NCBI GenBank assembly: GCA_045603405.1
Contig: JAZUMA010000032.1
Span: forward strand, 102-64,101
Source: Alphaproteobacteria bacterium
Lineage (GTDB): Bacteria; Pseudomonadota; Alphaproteobacteria; RF32; CAG-239
Reading direction: 5' to 3'
DNA length: 64,000 nucleotides
Shown here one piece after another: positions 26,334 to 35,602 of this stretch. The position numbers and the translations under genes were made by a program. A model generated the notes under the pieces. It worked only from the letters and a program-made list of their open reading frames with translations, did no database searches and was not told where the DNA came from. Every line of letters begins with the position of its first letter. Position 1 is the first letter of the stretch.

Positions 26334-27716
26334 ATGAATATTGTAATTTTAGCCATATATTTGGTGTTGATTTTCGGTGTCACATTTTTAGTCAGTCGTC
26401 ACCAAACAGTAAAAAGCTATGCATTAAATGACAGGAAAACATCTCTTCCTATGATGGTCTTTTCCGGCTCAGCAACTTTTCTTGGCGCTGCTGCAACGGT
26501 ATTTGTTATTTCAGAAGCCGTTAAAGGTTCATTATTTACCGGTATAGTTATGATGATAGGCTTTCCCTTATCATTTGTTGTTTTAGGTTTCTTAGCGCCA
26601 AAAATAAGAGAAATGGGCAATAAGTTTAATGCCATGACAATTGCTGATTTCTATGCCAACCGCTTTGGAGAGAACAACAAAATCTTGATGGTTGTTTTTC
26701 AATTGATTTTTTATGTTATGGGAATAGGTATGCAGGTTATTGCGGTATCTTATTTACTGTCATCGCTATTTGGTATCAGTTATTTTTATGCGGCAGTTTT
26801 ACTGTTTGTAATTTCTGCCGCATATTCGGTAATCGGCGGATTAAAAACGGATATAATCACCGATGCCATACAATTTGGTTTTATTTTACTTACGTTCATT
26901 TTATTGGCAATATTTTTATCGGTAGACACCAATTTTACAACAGTTTTAGAAACAACACCGCAAAAAATGTTGCAACCTTTCAACTTAAAAAATATACCGA
27001 TAACGCTGTTAATGATGTGCGGAATTCTTCCTTATGAAATCGTATCGGCACATATCTGGCAAAGAACACTTTCAGCCGCAAACAGCAAAGTTGCGCGTGA
27101 TTCTTCTTTTTTAACGGCAGGTATGATTTTTTTAATTCAAGGTCTGATGGTATTTATAAGCTTATACGCTTTTTATAAATTAAAAGGGACAGATGTTCCG
27201 GATATGGCTTTATTTACGCTTATTGCCAATACAATGCCTAATGGATTGGGAAGTCTTGGTTTAGCCGCAATTCTTGCCATCACAATGTCTTCTTTAGACA
27301 GTTTGTTTGTTTCCGGTTCAGTTTTAATTTCTCACAACTTATTAAATAACAAGAACAAAATATGGCAGGCCAGAGGTGTGACATTGTTATTTGCCGTTGT
27401 AACATTTTCTGTTGCTTTAATCTTTCCGTCAGTCGCGACGCTTGGCTATTTTTCTATCGCTTGGAGCCTAATTCCACTGGCAACCATATTGTTTGGTATC
27501 TACAGTAAAAAACTCTCAAATGAAGGTGCATTTTGGGCATTACTTTTGCCGATGATTGTGACTCTGATAGCATATCCGTACATAAAATTTATATGTATTA
27601 TAGTCAGTCCGTTGTTATCACTACTGATAATTCTTGTATATGATAATTTTTTTAAGAAAAGCAAAAAAGCCGGCAAATACAACAAACTTGCCCGCAGTGC
27701 AGTAGGCGAGCTTTAG
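26334..27716 (+). CDS. Sodium:solute symporter (SSS) family transporter
   Basis: 460 aa, ~13 TM, with the GGLKTDIITDAIQ motif typical of SSS transporters. Confidence 0.8.
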   Translation: MNIVILAIYLVLIFGVTFLVSRHQTVKSYALNDRKTSLPMMVFSGSATFLGAAATVFVISEAVKGSLFTGIVMMIGFPLSFVVLGFLAPKIREMGNKFNAMTIADFYANRFGENNKILMVVFQLIFYVMGIGMQVIAVSYLLSSLFGISYFYAAVLLFVISAAYSVIGGLKTDIITDAIQFGFILLTFILLAIFLSVDTNFTTVLETTPQKMLQPFNLKNIPITLLMMCGILPYEIVSAHIWQRTLSAANSKVARDSSFLTAGMIFLIQGLMVFISLYAFYKLKGTDVPDMALFTLIANTMPNGLGSLGLAAILAITMSSLDSLFVSGSVLISHNLLNNKNKIWQARGVTLLFAVVTFSVALIFPSVATLGYFSIAWSLIPLATILFGIYSKKLSNEGAFWALLLPMIVTLIAYPYIKFICIIVSPLLSLLIILVYDNFFKKSKKAGKYNKLARSAVGEL

Positions 27717-27774
27717 AATGCGAGCCATACGGAACAAGACGAACCCGTAGGGTGAGAATCCCTGCAATAAACAC

Positions 27775-27804
27775 AAAAAAAGCTCGAGATAAAACCTCGA
27801 GCTT
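27775..27804 (-). terminator. Intrinsic terminator downstream of tRNA-Lys
   Basis: Stem AAGCTCGAG/CTCGAGCTT, followed on the minus strand by TTTTTTT. Confidence 0.75.
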
Positions 27805-27810
27805 ACAAAT

Positions 27811-27887
27811 TGGTAGGCGCGCAGGGATTCGAACCCTGGACCCACTGATTAAGAGTCAGTTGCTCTAGCCAACTGAGCTACGCACCC
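27811..27887 (-). tRNA. tRNA-Lys (anticodon CUU), CCA encoded
   Basis: The reverse complement is GGGTGCGTAGCTCAGTTGGCTAGAGCAACTGACTCTTAATCAGTGGGTCCAGGGTTCGAATCCCTGCGCGCCTACCA. It has anticodon stem ACTGA/TCAGT and loop CTCTTAA. Confidence 0.9.
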
Positions 27888-28031
27888 ATAACCAAATCTT
27901 GCCTAACTATAGCCAAAAGATTTTTATTTGCAACATTTTTTTTAGTATTTAAGAATATTTTTTTGTAAAACTGTTTTCCTCTTGCAAAATCAAGTACGAT
28001 TAGTTATATGGAATAGTGTAAAGGAGAAAAG

Positions 28032-29279
28032 ATGAAAATATATTTAGTGGGCGGAGCCGTAAGAGATAAACTCTTAGGAAAGCCTGTGCATGACAAAGAT
28101 TATGTAGTAATTGGTGCAACACCAGATGAAATGGTTGCTCTTGGTTTTAAGCAAGTAGGAAAGAGTTTTCCCGTATTTTTACATCCTGAGACCAATGAAG
28201 AATATGCCTTAGCACGAAAAGAAATTAAAACAGGAAAAGGCCATAAAGATTTTGAATTTGTTTTTACACCGGATGTTTCTCTAAAAGAAGATTCTTTAAG
28301 GCGTGATTTTACCTGCAATGCTATTTATCAAGATATAGAAAGTAAAGAAATAATAGATTATCACCAAGGAATAGATGATATTCAAAAAAAGGTGTTACGT
28401 CACGTTTCCGAGCATTTTGAAGAAGACCCGTTGCGCGTGTTAAGAATGTGCCGTTTTGCCGCGCAGTTGGATTTTTCGGTAGCCCCGGAAACCATGGATT
28501 TATGCCAAAAGATGGTAAAAGATGGTGCATTGAAAAATTTAAGCAAGGAGCGGATTTGGCAAGAGTTGGAAAAAGCTCTATCTTCAAAAACGTTTTATCA
28601 TTTTATAGAAGTGGCAAGAGAATGTGGTGCCCTAGAGGTAATTTTACCAGAGGTGGAACAATTATTTTCAATTCCGGAGAGGATTGATTATCATCCAGAA
28701 AAAAACAGCGGTGCACATACCTTATTGGCACTTAAAGCAGCCGATAGCAACGATCCGATGCTAAACTTTGCTGTTTTAATGCATGATATCGGTAAAATAA
28801 AAACAGATCCAACCTGCTGGCCGTCTCATCGTGGACACGATGAGTATGGTCCCGAGATAATAAAAAATATAGGAAAAAGATTACATATTCCGACATCTTT
28901 TATAGAATTTGCCTCATTAACAGCAGAAAACCATATGATTTATCATCGTAAAATAAATGAAGTTCAGAAAAAGATTGTACAAATATGCGTTAAATTGATG
29001 CGTTATCGTCAAAGAGAATATTTAAATAAATTTATTTCTGTTTTAAGAGCAGATAAAAATGGTCGAGGAAAACCTGCATCAGCCGAAGAGACGGAAACCT
29101 TTGAAAAATTTGCCGTATATATTGAAAAATTAGCAAATACAATTTGCTTAAAGAAACCATCGGATTTGCCGGAGTTTGACTGTCTTATAGAAGGCATTAA
29201 AAAAGGAACAATCGATGCGTCTAAACTTGAAGAAGCGTACATAAATGCTATAGTTAAAGCGACCCCTTTAACAGAATAA
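28032..29279 (+). CDS. cca: CCA-adding enzyme (multifunctional tRNA nucleotidyltransferase with HD domain)
   Basis: MKIYLVGGAVRDKLLG...DKDYVV head domain and an LMHDIGK HD motif. Confidence 0.9.
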   Translation: MKIYLVGGAVRDKLLGKPVHDKDYVVIGATPDEMVALGFKQVGKSFPVFLHPETNEEYALARKEIKTGKGHKDFEFVFTPDVSLKEDSLRRDFTCNAIYQDIESKEIIDYHQGIDDIQKKVLRHVSEHFEEDPLRVLRMCRFAAQLDFSVAPETMDLCQKMVKDGALKNLSKERIWQELEKALSSKTFYHFIEVARECGALEVILPEVEQLFSIPERIDYHPEKNSGAHTLLALKAADSNDPMLNFAVLMHDIGKIKTDPTCWPSHRGHDEYGPEIIKNIGKRLHIPTSFIEFASLTAENHMIYHRKINEVQKKIVQICVKLMRYRQREYLNKFISVLRADKNGRGKPASAEETETFEKFAVYIEKLANTICLKKPSDLPEFDCLIEGIKKGTIDASKLEEAYINAIVKATPLTE

Positions 29280-29378
29280 TATCTGTGTTAAAGTGTATTT
29301 AATGCTTTAAAAAAAAAGATAAATATGCTTAGATGAAGGCAATATATTTTGTATAATTTATTTGATTATGGTGCAGTT

Positions 29379-32300
29379 ATGAAAAAAGCCTTCGAATTAG
29401 CCTTTTTATTGACAATTTCAACCTCGGTATTAGCTTATGCCTCAACAGAGAATTCTACATCATCAACAAATTCTTCTGTTCAAATGATTGCAGAAGATCA
29501 AATTGATAAGCCTAAAATTATTACAGAAGAAATACCTAATGGTCGCATAGAAAAGTTATTAGATGAAAATAATAGGGTGATTGCCGAGAAAAAAATTGAA
29601 GGGGATAAAATAACTCAAAAGACATTAAATTATTATTATCCGACCGGACAATTAATGCGCAAAATAACCTCAGATGAAAACAATACAGGCTTTTATGCCA
29701 CAGAGTACTACCAAAACGGCAAAGTTGAAACAGAAGCAACTTATATAAATGAAAATAATAAAATCGGCATAGAAAAAAAGTATGACACTAATGGAACTTT
29801 ACGCCAAGAGATACCGTGGGTATTGCCTGAAAATGAGGAGGCACAAAATACAATCAGACAAGGAGAAATCATAACATATTATCCTAATGGCAGAAAAGCA
29901 GCGTCATTTCCTGTTGGGCAAAACGGAAAAACTATTTTTTACAATCAACAGGGAGAAGTTATAAAAGAAATTGCAGATAGCCAGATTCTGAGATTTGCAC
30001 ATGAATTAACAGATGATGATTGCCAGGGAAAAACGATACATCTTGATATGCAATCTTTAATAGAATTATATGAAGATGAAGGCGATATTAGTTATAACAG
30101 ATGTGGTATGCCTTATCGTGAAAACTTTGTGTATGAAGTATTGGAAACAACACCTCAATTAGAGAATATGGTAAGTTTTGATGAAACAGGAATGATAAGA
30201 CGGATTACGCCCTATCAAAATGGGGTAAAACAAGGTGTCGAGCAAAAATTTGATGCAAATGGCAATTTAATTGCAGAAATTACATATCAAAATGGTAAAA
30301 AGCATGGAGATGCCCGTGGATATTTTCCAACTAAAGAAGTTGCTTTTCAAAAACATTATGAAAATGGCAAAACAGAAGGAAAGTTGAGTTGCTTCTATCC
30401 GACTGGAGAGATTGCAGCCGAATTTAATTATCAGCAGGGCTTGAAAGAGGGAACGGCAATAATAAACAGTCCTATAAAAAAACAGCTGCAATTTACTAAC
30501 GGAAAACTATCAGATGAGCAAAATGACAACAAAGAAAGACAAATGGTTTCCGTCATACCGGTATTAAAAGAACAAACAGTGGAGTGTTTACCGTTTGCAG
30601 ATAAATTAGCGGAAATACAAAAGAACATTAATGAAAAAACAGCACAAATAGAGCAAGCATTGCTTATTCATTTACCGGAAGGCTGTGATAACATAAATAC
30701 GTTCATAACAGAGGACAATATGCTTGTTTGTAAAGATAGTCAAAATCAAAAAAGGGCAGATGTTTCAGTTGACTACAATCAAGGAAAAAATGTCATCGAA
30801 AAAATTTATACTTCATCTGGTTTGTTACAATATGATATTCCGTTAGTTAATCAAAAAAGGCAAGGATGGGCAAAAACATATGCCGAAGATGGTCGAATTA
30901 TAGCAGATATTTACTTCGTACAGGGAGAAAGAGCAGGGAATTCTCGAAGTTATTATCCGAATGGACAGGTTAAAGATATGCTAGTATCAGATGATGACAA
31001 TTTCCGCAAAGCTTGGATCACATATAATCAAGAAGGAAATGTAATATTTAATTTGACATCTAAAGAAAATGAAAAGAAAGAAGCCTATTATAATAATCCG
31101 GCAACAGGAAAAGAGGTTTCTATACGTTTTTATGATAATAAGCTTGATATTATTAGAGAAAATATCCCACAAAATCCATATGATTTTACAGAATATAACT
31201 TAGCATTAGGTGAGTATGCTGTTTACAATAATAATGAACTGATTAGCGGTGGACATTTATGTAATATTAAACCGGCTGAAAATATAACGATAACCAATTT
31301 ATCCGATAAAAATGATATCAAAGCAGAGCAAAATCCTACGACAACAGTTCAACAAATAGAACCTGAACAAGGTATAGCCGAGGCTCCGATTTTATTTCCG
31401 GAAGATGCGCCTTTGATTGATGAAAAGGAAATAAAACAAGTCATAGAAGAAGATAAGGCAGATTTGAATAATATGGATGCGATAATTCCATCAGAGAAGG
31501 AAAAACAGCAAGCCGAATTAGCGGCAAAAAATATTGGTCCGATTGCTAAACCTGATATAGAAAATATGTCTTCTGTAGTGCAGAGAGAAGTGCATGACAC
31601 AGATTTAAAGCGTGCTGAAGAAAATCTGGAGCCTAAAACGGAGAAACTCTATTACCCTAATGGTAATATTCGTAAAACAATTAAAACTAAAGGTTCGCGC
31701 ACAGAAGAAATAAAAGAATATTCCAAAAACGGCCTATTGCTGACAGATACACAATATAATAAAGATAAAATCATAATCGAAAAATATTTCGGTTCGGGAG
31801 AGATTCGTCGTAAAACTGAAAAGAATTATGATGACAATGCAGTAAACGCATTCGTTAAACGCGAAGATTTTTATGACAACGGCAATCCTCGTTATACTAT
31901 AGAAAGACAAGCACAAACGATGTTGTTTTCAGAAAAAACATATGATGCAGAAGGAAAGGTTAAAACTGAAACAGCGCAAACCGGTCCGTTAACTTTTAGC
32001 ATAAAAGAATATGATAAAGAAAAGGATACGGTAAAAGGGTATCTCTATCCTGAAGATAAAAATATCATAACAGGTAAAGATAGCCAAGCGATAAGAACAT
32101 ACTATGCCGGCGGAAAAACTCAAACAGAAGTAACTTGGTATAACAATGGTGAGATTGTTGTAAAGGAATATAATAAAGACGGCAGTTTAGCCAAATTTGC
32201 TTACTTAGCGGCATCTGATGGAAAATTACACATAGAAAAACCGGAATTGCGAATTATTCCGGCATATAGAGAACGCTACTGGGTAGACTATAATAATCCG

Positions 32301-32435
32301 CATTGGATAGAAAATCAGGATAAATATTCCATAAAATCTATTGCCAGATTAAACTTGGATATAGCAAGTAAAATTTTGGCAGAATTAAAAATAACAGATC
32401 CTCAAGCAATAAAAGTGTTGCGGGAAAAATATTAG
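29379..32435 (+). CDS. Large secreted MORN-variant (YwqK-like) repeat protein, ~1018 aa
   Basis: Signal peptide MKKAFELAFLLTISTSVLAYAS. Many repeats follow the pattern YYPNG..k.e..Y.nGk.eG. ATG 29379 is preferred over the track start at 29349. Confidence 0.7.
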   Translation: MKKAFELAFLLTISTSVLAYASTENSTSSTNSSVQMIAEDQIDKPKIITEEIPNGRIEKLLDENNRVIAEKKIEGDKITQKTLNYYYPTGQLMRKITSDENNTGFYATEYYQNGKVETEATYINENNKIGIEKKYDTNGTLRQEIPWVLPENEEAQNTIRQGEIITYYPNGRKAASFPVGQNGKTIFYNQQGEVIKEIADSQILRFAHELTDDDCQGKTIHLDMQSLIELYEDEGDISYNRCGMPYRENFVYEVLETTPQLENMVSFDETGMIRRITPYQNGVKQGVEQKFDANGNLIAEITYQNGKKHGDARGYFPTKEVAFQKHYENGKTEGKLSCFYPTGEIAAEFNYQQGLKEGTAIINSPIKKQLQFTNGKLSDEQNDNKERQMVSVIPVLKEQTVECLPFADKLAEIQKNINEKTAQIEQALLIHLPEGCDNINTFITEDNMLVCKDSQNQKRADVSVDYNQGKNVIEKIYTSSGLLQYDIPLVNQKRQGWAKTYAEDGRIIADIYFVQGERAGNSRSYYPNGQVKDMLVSDDDNFRKAWITYNQEGNVIFNLTSKENEKKEAYYNNPATGKEVSIRFYDNKLDIIRENIPQNPYDFTEYNLALGEYAVYNNNELISGGHLCNIKPAENITITNLSDKNDIKAEQNPTTTVQQIEPEQGIAEAPILFPEDAPLIDEKEIKQVIEEDKADLNNMDAIIPSEKEKQQAELAAKNIGPIAKPDIENMSSVVQREVHDTDLKRAEENLEPKTEKLYYPNGNIRKTIKTKGSRTEEIKEYSKNGLLLTDTQYNKDKIIIEKYFGSGEIRRKTEKNYDDNAVNAFVKREDFYDNGNPRYTIERQAQTMLFSEKTYDAEGKVKTETAQTGPLTFSIKEYDKEKDTVKGYLYPEDKNIITGKDSQAIRTYYAGGKTQTEVTWYNNGEIVVKEYNKDGSLAKFAYLAASDGKLHIEKPELRIIPAYRERYWVDYNNPHWIENQDKYSIKSIARLNLDIASKILAELKITDPQAIKVLREKY

Positions 32436-32522
32436 ACATAAAAATATTGACAATAAAATTTTGAATATATATAACAAGCCTAGAGAATGTATACATATGT
32501 TTAACAATTAAAATAAACTATT

Positions 32523-33287
32523 ATGGAAGAAAAAATGACACCTGAAGAAATTCAGGAAGTGAAAGGACGAGCTGAAAAGGAACGTCAAAAACATCATCGA
32601 ATTATGAGTATAATCCAAAACGTTAGTCCGATAAGCTATGATAAGCAATATGAAATTGTCAAGCGTCGACGAGATGATGAAGTTTTAGCACTGCTGAAAA
32701 AAGAGCGTACCATTGATGAAAAAGTGCAACTGTACATCTATGATAACAAGAATGTTCTCCCTCGATCATACGACTACATGTTAAGAAATACTAAGCTGTG
32801 CTTGATCATGGAGAAAAAGCTCTTTGATGAAAAAGTGTATCTCTATTCGACTGAGAATGATAACAAATGTTATTTGGTAGAATTTTCACCGGCAGGAGAG
32901 GAATATATGGTAGAGCAAACGCTTGCAAATTGTAAAGGTTGCAATAGAATTACTACGGAACTGACATTTTTGAATATTTATACTCAGCAACGCCAGCTTT
33001 CTTCTCAGGGAGATACAGCTCTAATGCAGTTCTTAAATGTTAATGCAGGACGAGACAGTACAATAAATACTTTGCAGAGATTTGTCATAGATTATATTGC
33101 AAAGTACAGAGGACTCTCTGATAATGCAGCCGTAGGCCTTATTGAAAGCGGTAATCACCATGTGATTATGTACTTTTTGGAACAAGTAAAAGAACTCCCG
33201 ACCACATCTTCGTTTACTAGTGCACTAGAAGAACGAGGTAATCGCAAAGAAATTGAAAAATACTATGAACGTTTCGCGTATGAATAA
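32523..33287 (+). CDS. Hypothetical protein (254 aa)
   Basis: Long ORF followed by a strong terminator. No family recognised. Confidence 0.55.
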   Translation: MEEKMTPEEIQEVKGRAEKERQKHHRIMSIIQNVSPISYDKQYEIVKRRRDDEVLALLKKERTIDEKVQLYIYDNKNVLPRSYDYMLRNTKLCLIMEKKLFDEKVYLYSTENDNKCYLVEFSPAGEEYMVEQTLANCKGCNRITTELTFLNIYTQQRQLSSQGDTALMQFLNVNAGRDSTINTLQRFVIDYIAKYRGLSDNAAVGLIESGNHHVIMYFLEQVKELPTTSSFTSALEERGNRKEIEKYYERFAYE

Positions 33288-33330
33288 TAAAATCCCCATT
33301 GAAAACTTGTTTTTCAATGGGGATTTTTTA
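33288..33330. terminator. Bidirectional intrinsic terminator
   Basis: 17-bp stem AAAATCCCCATTGAAAA/TTTTCAATGGGGATTTT. Confidence 0.8.
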
Positions 33331-33873
33331 AAATGTTTCCCAATGAATTTTATTTATTTTTAGCCTATCATCTGATATTTGCGGATTTTCTTCCGGATAA
33401 CCGATTGTAACAATAGCAATTGGTAACATTGTTTCCGGCATATTAAATTTTTGCTGCAAATTATGGACAACTAAAGGCATCGGAGCAGCTCCGCAAAAAC
33501 AAGCCCCTAATCCTTTTGCATGACAGGCCAAAAGTAAGTTCTGTGCCGCTAAAGCCCCATCAATTTGTGCATAATTCCAACCTTCTTTTTCACGGTGAAA
33601 AGTTTCTTCTGTATCAACACATACCACAATCGCACAAGAGGCATCTTTCGCAAAAGATGTCCAAGGCTGAATATGGCGTAAATTTTGCAAAACTTCTTTA
33701 TCTTGCAATACAAGAAAATGCCAAGGTTGTTTATTATGTGCAGATGGCGCATAACTGGCTGCCCGAATAAGTTCTAAAATTTGTTCTTTAGTAAGTGTCT
33801 TATCCGAATTGTATTTACGAATGGATCGTCTCGTTAGTAGACCTTCATATAATTCCATAATGTATCTCTCCAA
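33328..33873 (-). CDS. Nitroreductase family protein
   Basis: LLTRRSIRKY...APSAHNKQPWHF is the signature of the FMN nitroreductase fold. Confidence 0.85.
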   Translation of the reverse strand: MERYIMELYEGLLTRRSIRKYNSDKTLTKEQILELIRAASYAPSAHNKQPWHFLVLQDKEVLQNLRHIQPWTSFAKDASCAIVVCVDTEETFHREKEGWNYAQIDGALAAQNLLLACHAKGLGACFCGAAPMPLVVHNLQQKFNMPETMLPIAIVTIGYPEENPQISDDRLKINKIHWETF

Positions 33874-33875
33874 AT

Positions 33876-34487
33876 TTAATTTACGGTGCGTTCCAGCTTA
33901 GAAATATTCGGTAGCACCTGATGTTCAATCAAAAAATGAATTGTTTTTTCAACCATATCATCTGTATTTTGTATAACAGATAAAATTGTTTGAGGGGTAT
34001 CTTTTCCTTCAAGTCTATGTGCCAAAGTTTCATAAATGCCGGCCATATCAGAAAGTGAAGATATAAGCTCTGCGGCAAATGCAGGAATACTAAGTGTTTC
34101 ACAACCGCCCCAAAAACCCTCAATAAAACCAAATTCTAGTTGTTTAGCTCTATTATGACAAAATAGCATTAAATCATCTTTATTGTTAATTTTTCCTTTA
34201 TAAGCAGAAAGTTTTAAAGTGTTTGTGCGAATAATGAGAAACATTTCATCCCATAAACCCATAAAAAATTTAAAAAATAACTCTGCTTCAGTTTTTGTTG
34301 CCAAGCGTGGTTGCATATCTTCAAAAAATAATGAAGCAATAACATCCGTTGGGCGTAGATTGCTGTTAGGGCTGCAAATAGCACCGGCAAATTTAAGTTT
34401 AACCGTTTCAAGCGGTGTAGGGCACTGATAGTGGTCTAAAAACCTTTGAAATTTATCATCCCCAATATATTCATTTTCACTTTGCAT
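33876..34487 (-). CDS. Hypothetical protein, possibly UPF0149/YecA-like
   Basis: 203-aa ORF coupled to the nitroreductase gene. The family assignment is tentative. Confidence 0.4.
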   Translation of the reverse strand: MQSENEYIGDDKFQRFLDHYQCPTPLETVKLKFAGAICSPNSNLRPTDVIASLFFEDMQPRLATKTEAELFFKFFMGLWDEMFLIIRTNTLKLSAYKGKINNKDDLMLFCHNRAKQLEFGFIEGFWGGCETLSIPAFAAELISSLSDMAGIYETLAHRLEGKDTPQTILSVIQNTDDMVEKTIHFLIEHQVLPNISKLERTVN

Positions 34488-34546
34488 TTTTTTTCATCTT
34501 CATTTATACTGACTAACATAACGGAATTTAACTGGAGTTTTATAAA

Positions 34547-34861
34547 TTGTCTACTCTAAAATTATCAATATCATTTTTTCTTTTTTTTATAGTATCTGCT
34601 TGTGCTCAATTTCAAGCATTTGAAGATCGCAGAAGAGAGCCTGGGACAGAATATATATGGGTAGGTTCATCAAAACCAGGGGAACCGGCAATATGCTATA
34701 ACCCATTGTTTTATAACAAAGAAAAAATTAAAACAAAGGCGGATGAGCTATGCAAAAGTTACCAAACAGAAAGTCATGCGGAGTTAGTAGATGTTGATTA
34801 TTTTTCATGTAGATTACTAATACCATCTAAAGCTTATTATAAATGTGTCGTTGATAACTAG
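34547..34861 (+). CDS. Small lipoprotein (hypothetical)
   Basis: Signal peptide with lipobox IVSAC. Confidence 0.55.
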   Translation: MSTLKLSISFFLFFIVSACAQFQAFEDRRREPGTEYIWVGSSKPGEPAICYNPLFYNKEKIKTKADELCKSYQTESHAELVDVDYFSCRLLIPSKAYYKCVVDN

Positions 34862-34880
34862 GAGGAGAAAGGAGCAAGAT

Positions 34881-35594
34881 ATGAATATATATATTTTTGA
34901 TATGGACGGTACTTTAACTCCGGCCAGGCAGGTTATGTCACCTGATTTTGCACGTCGTTTTTTTCCATGGGTAAAGTCGCATATGGCTTATTTGGCAGCA
35001 GGTTCAAACTATGAAAAAATTGTGGAGCAGATTCCTGGTGATGCTATATCTACCGGTTTTAGCGGCATTTTTAGCTCTATGGGGAATGTATTTCATCAAA
35101 AAGGCAAAGAAATTTATCATAATGAAATTAAACTTAAAAAAGAATTGTTTCAAATATTGGAAAAATATCGCCGCAACACAAAATATAAAGGCAAACTCTA
35201 TGGAAATTATTTAGAATTACGTCCTGGTATGCTTAATTTTAGCATCTTGGGACGTAATTGCCCGTTTAGTGAACGTGCGAAATATAACGAATGGGATAAC
35301 ATTAACCATGAACGCGAAGCTGTAGTAAAAGAGGTTAATGCAACTTTTCCTGAATATGAAGCAAGTCTTGGCGGTAAAATATCTGTTGATATTGTGATGA
35401 AAGGTGGTGGAAAAGAGCAAATTGCTCAAAAAATAAGAGAATTCCATCCGAATGATAAGATAATATTTATTGGCGACAGAACAGAACCAGGTGGAAATGA
35501 TTATGCCTTGGCTGAAGCACTGCGAAATATGGAAAATACGGAAATTGTTTCAGTTAATTCTCCCGAAGATGTATTAAAGTATTTGCAAATATAG
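34881..35594 (+). CDS. Eukaryotic-type phosphomannomutase (HAD superfamily, PMM family)
   Basis: IFDMDGTLTPARQ, LELRPGMLNFSILGRNC, LGGKISVDIV and IFIGDRTEPGGND align block-by-block with my recollection of human PMM2 (FDVDGTLTAPRQ, IEFRNGMLNVSPIGRSC, IGGQISFDVF, YFFGDKTMPGGND). ATG 34881 follows AAAGGAG. Confidence 0.8.
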   Translation: MNIYIFDMDGTLTPARQVMSPDFARRFFPWVKSHMAYLAAGSNYEKIVEQIPGDAISTGFSGIFSSMGNVFHQKGKEIYHNEIKLKKELFQILEKYRRNTKYKGKLYGNYLELRPGMLNFSILGRNCPFSERAKYNEWDNINHEREAVVKEVNATFPEYEASLGGKISVDIVMKGGGKEQIAQKIREFHPNDKIIFIGDRTEPGGNDYALAEALRNMENTEIVSVNSPEDVLKYLQI

Positions 35595-35602
35595 CAAAAA
35601 AT

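Noticed and set aside
27700-27775. tRNA-like or tmRNA-like gene in the GC-rich patch next to tRNA-Lys
   Set aside because: A T-arm-like hairpin exists (AGGG-TGAGAAT-CCCT). However, no acceptor stem, D-arm, CCA end or tag reading frame can be built around it.
27621-27845. 74-aa minus-strand ORF
   Set aside because: It overlaps tRNA-Lys and its terminator.
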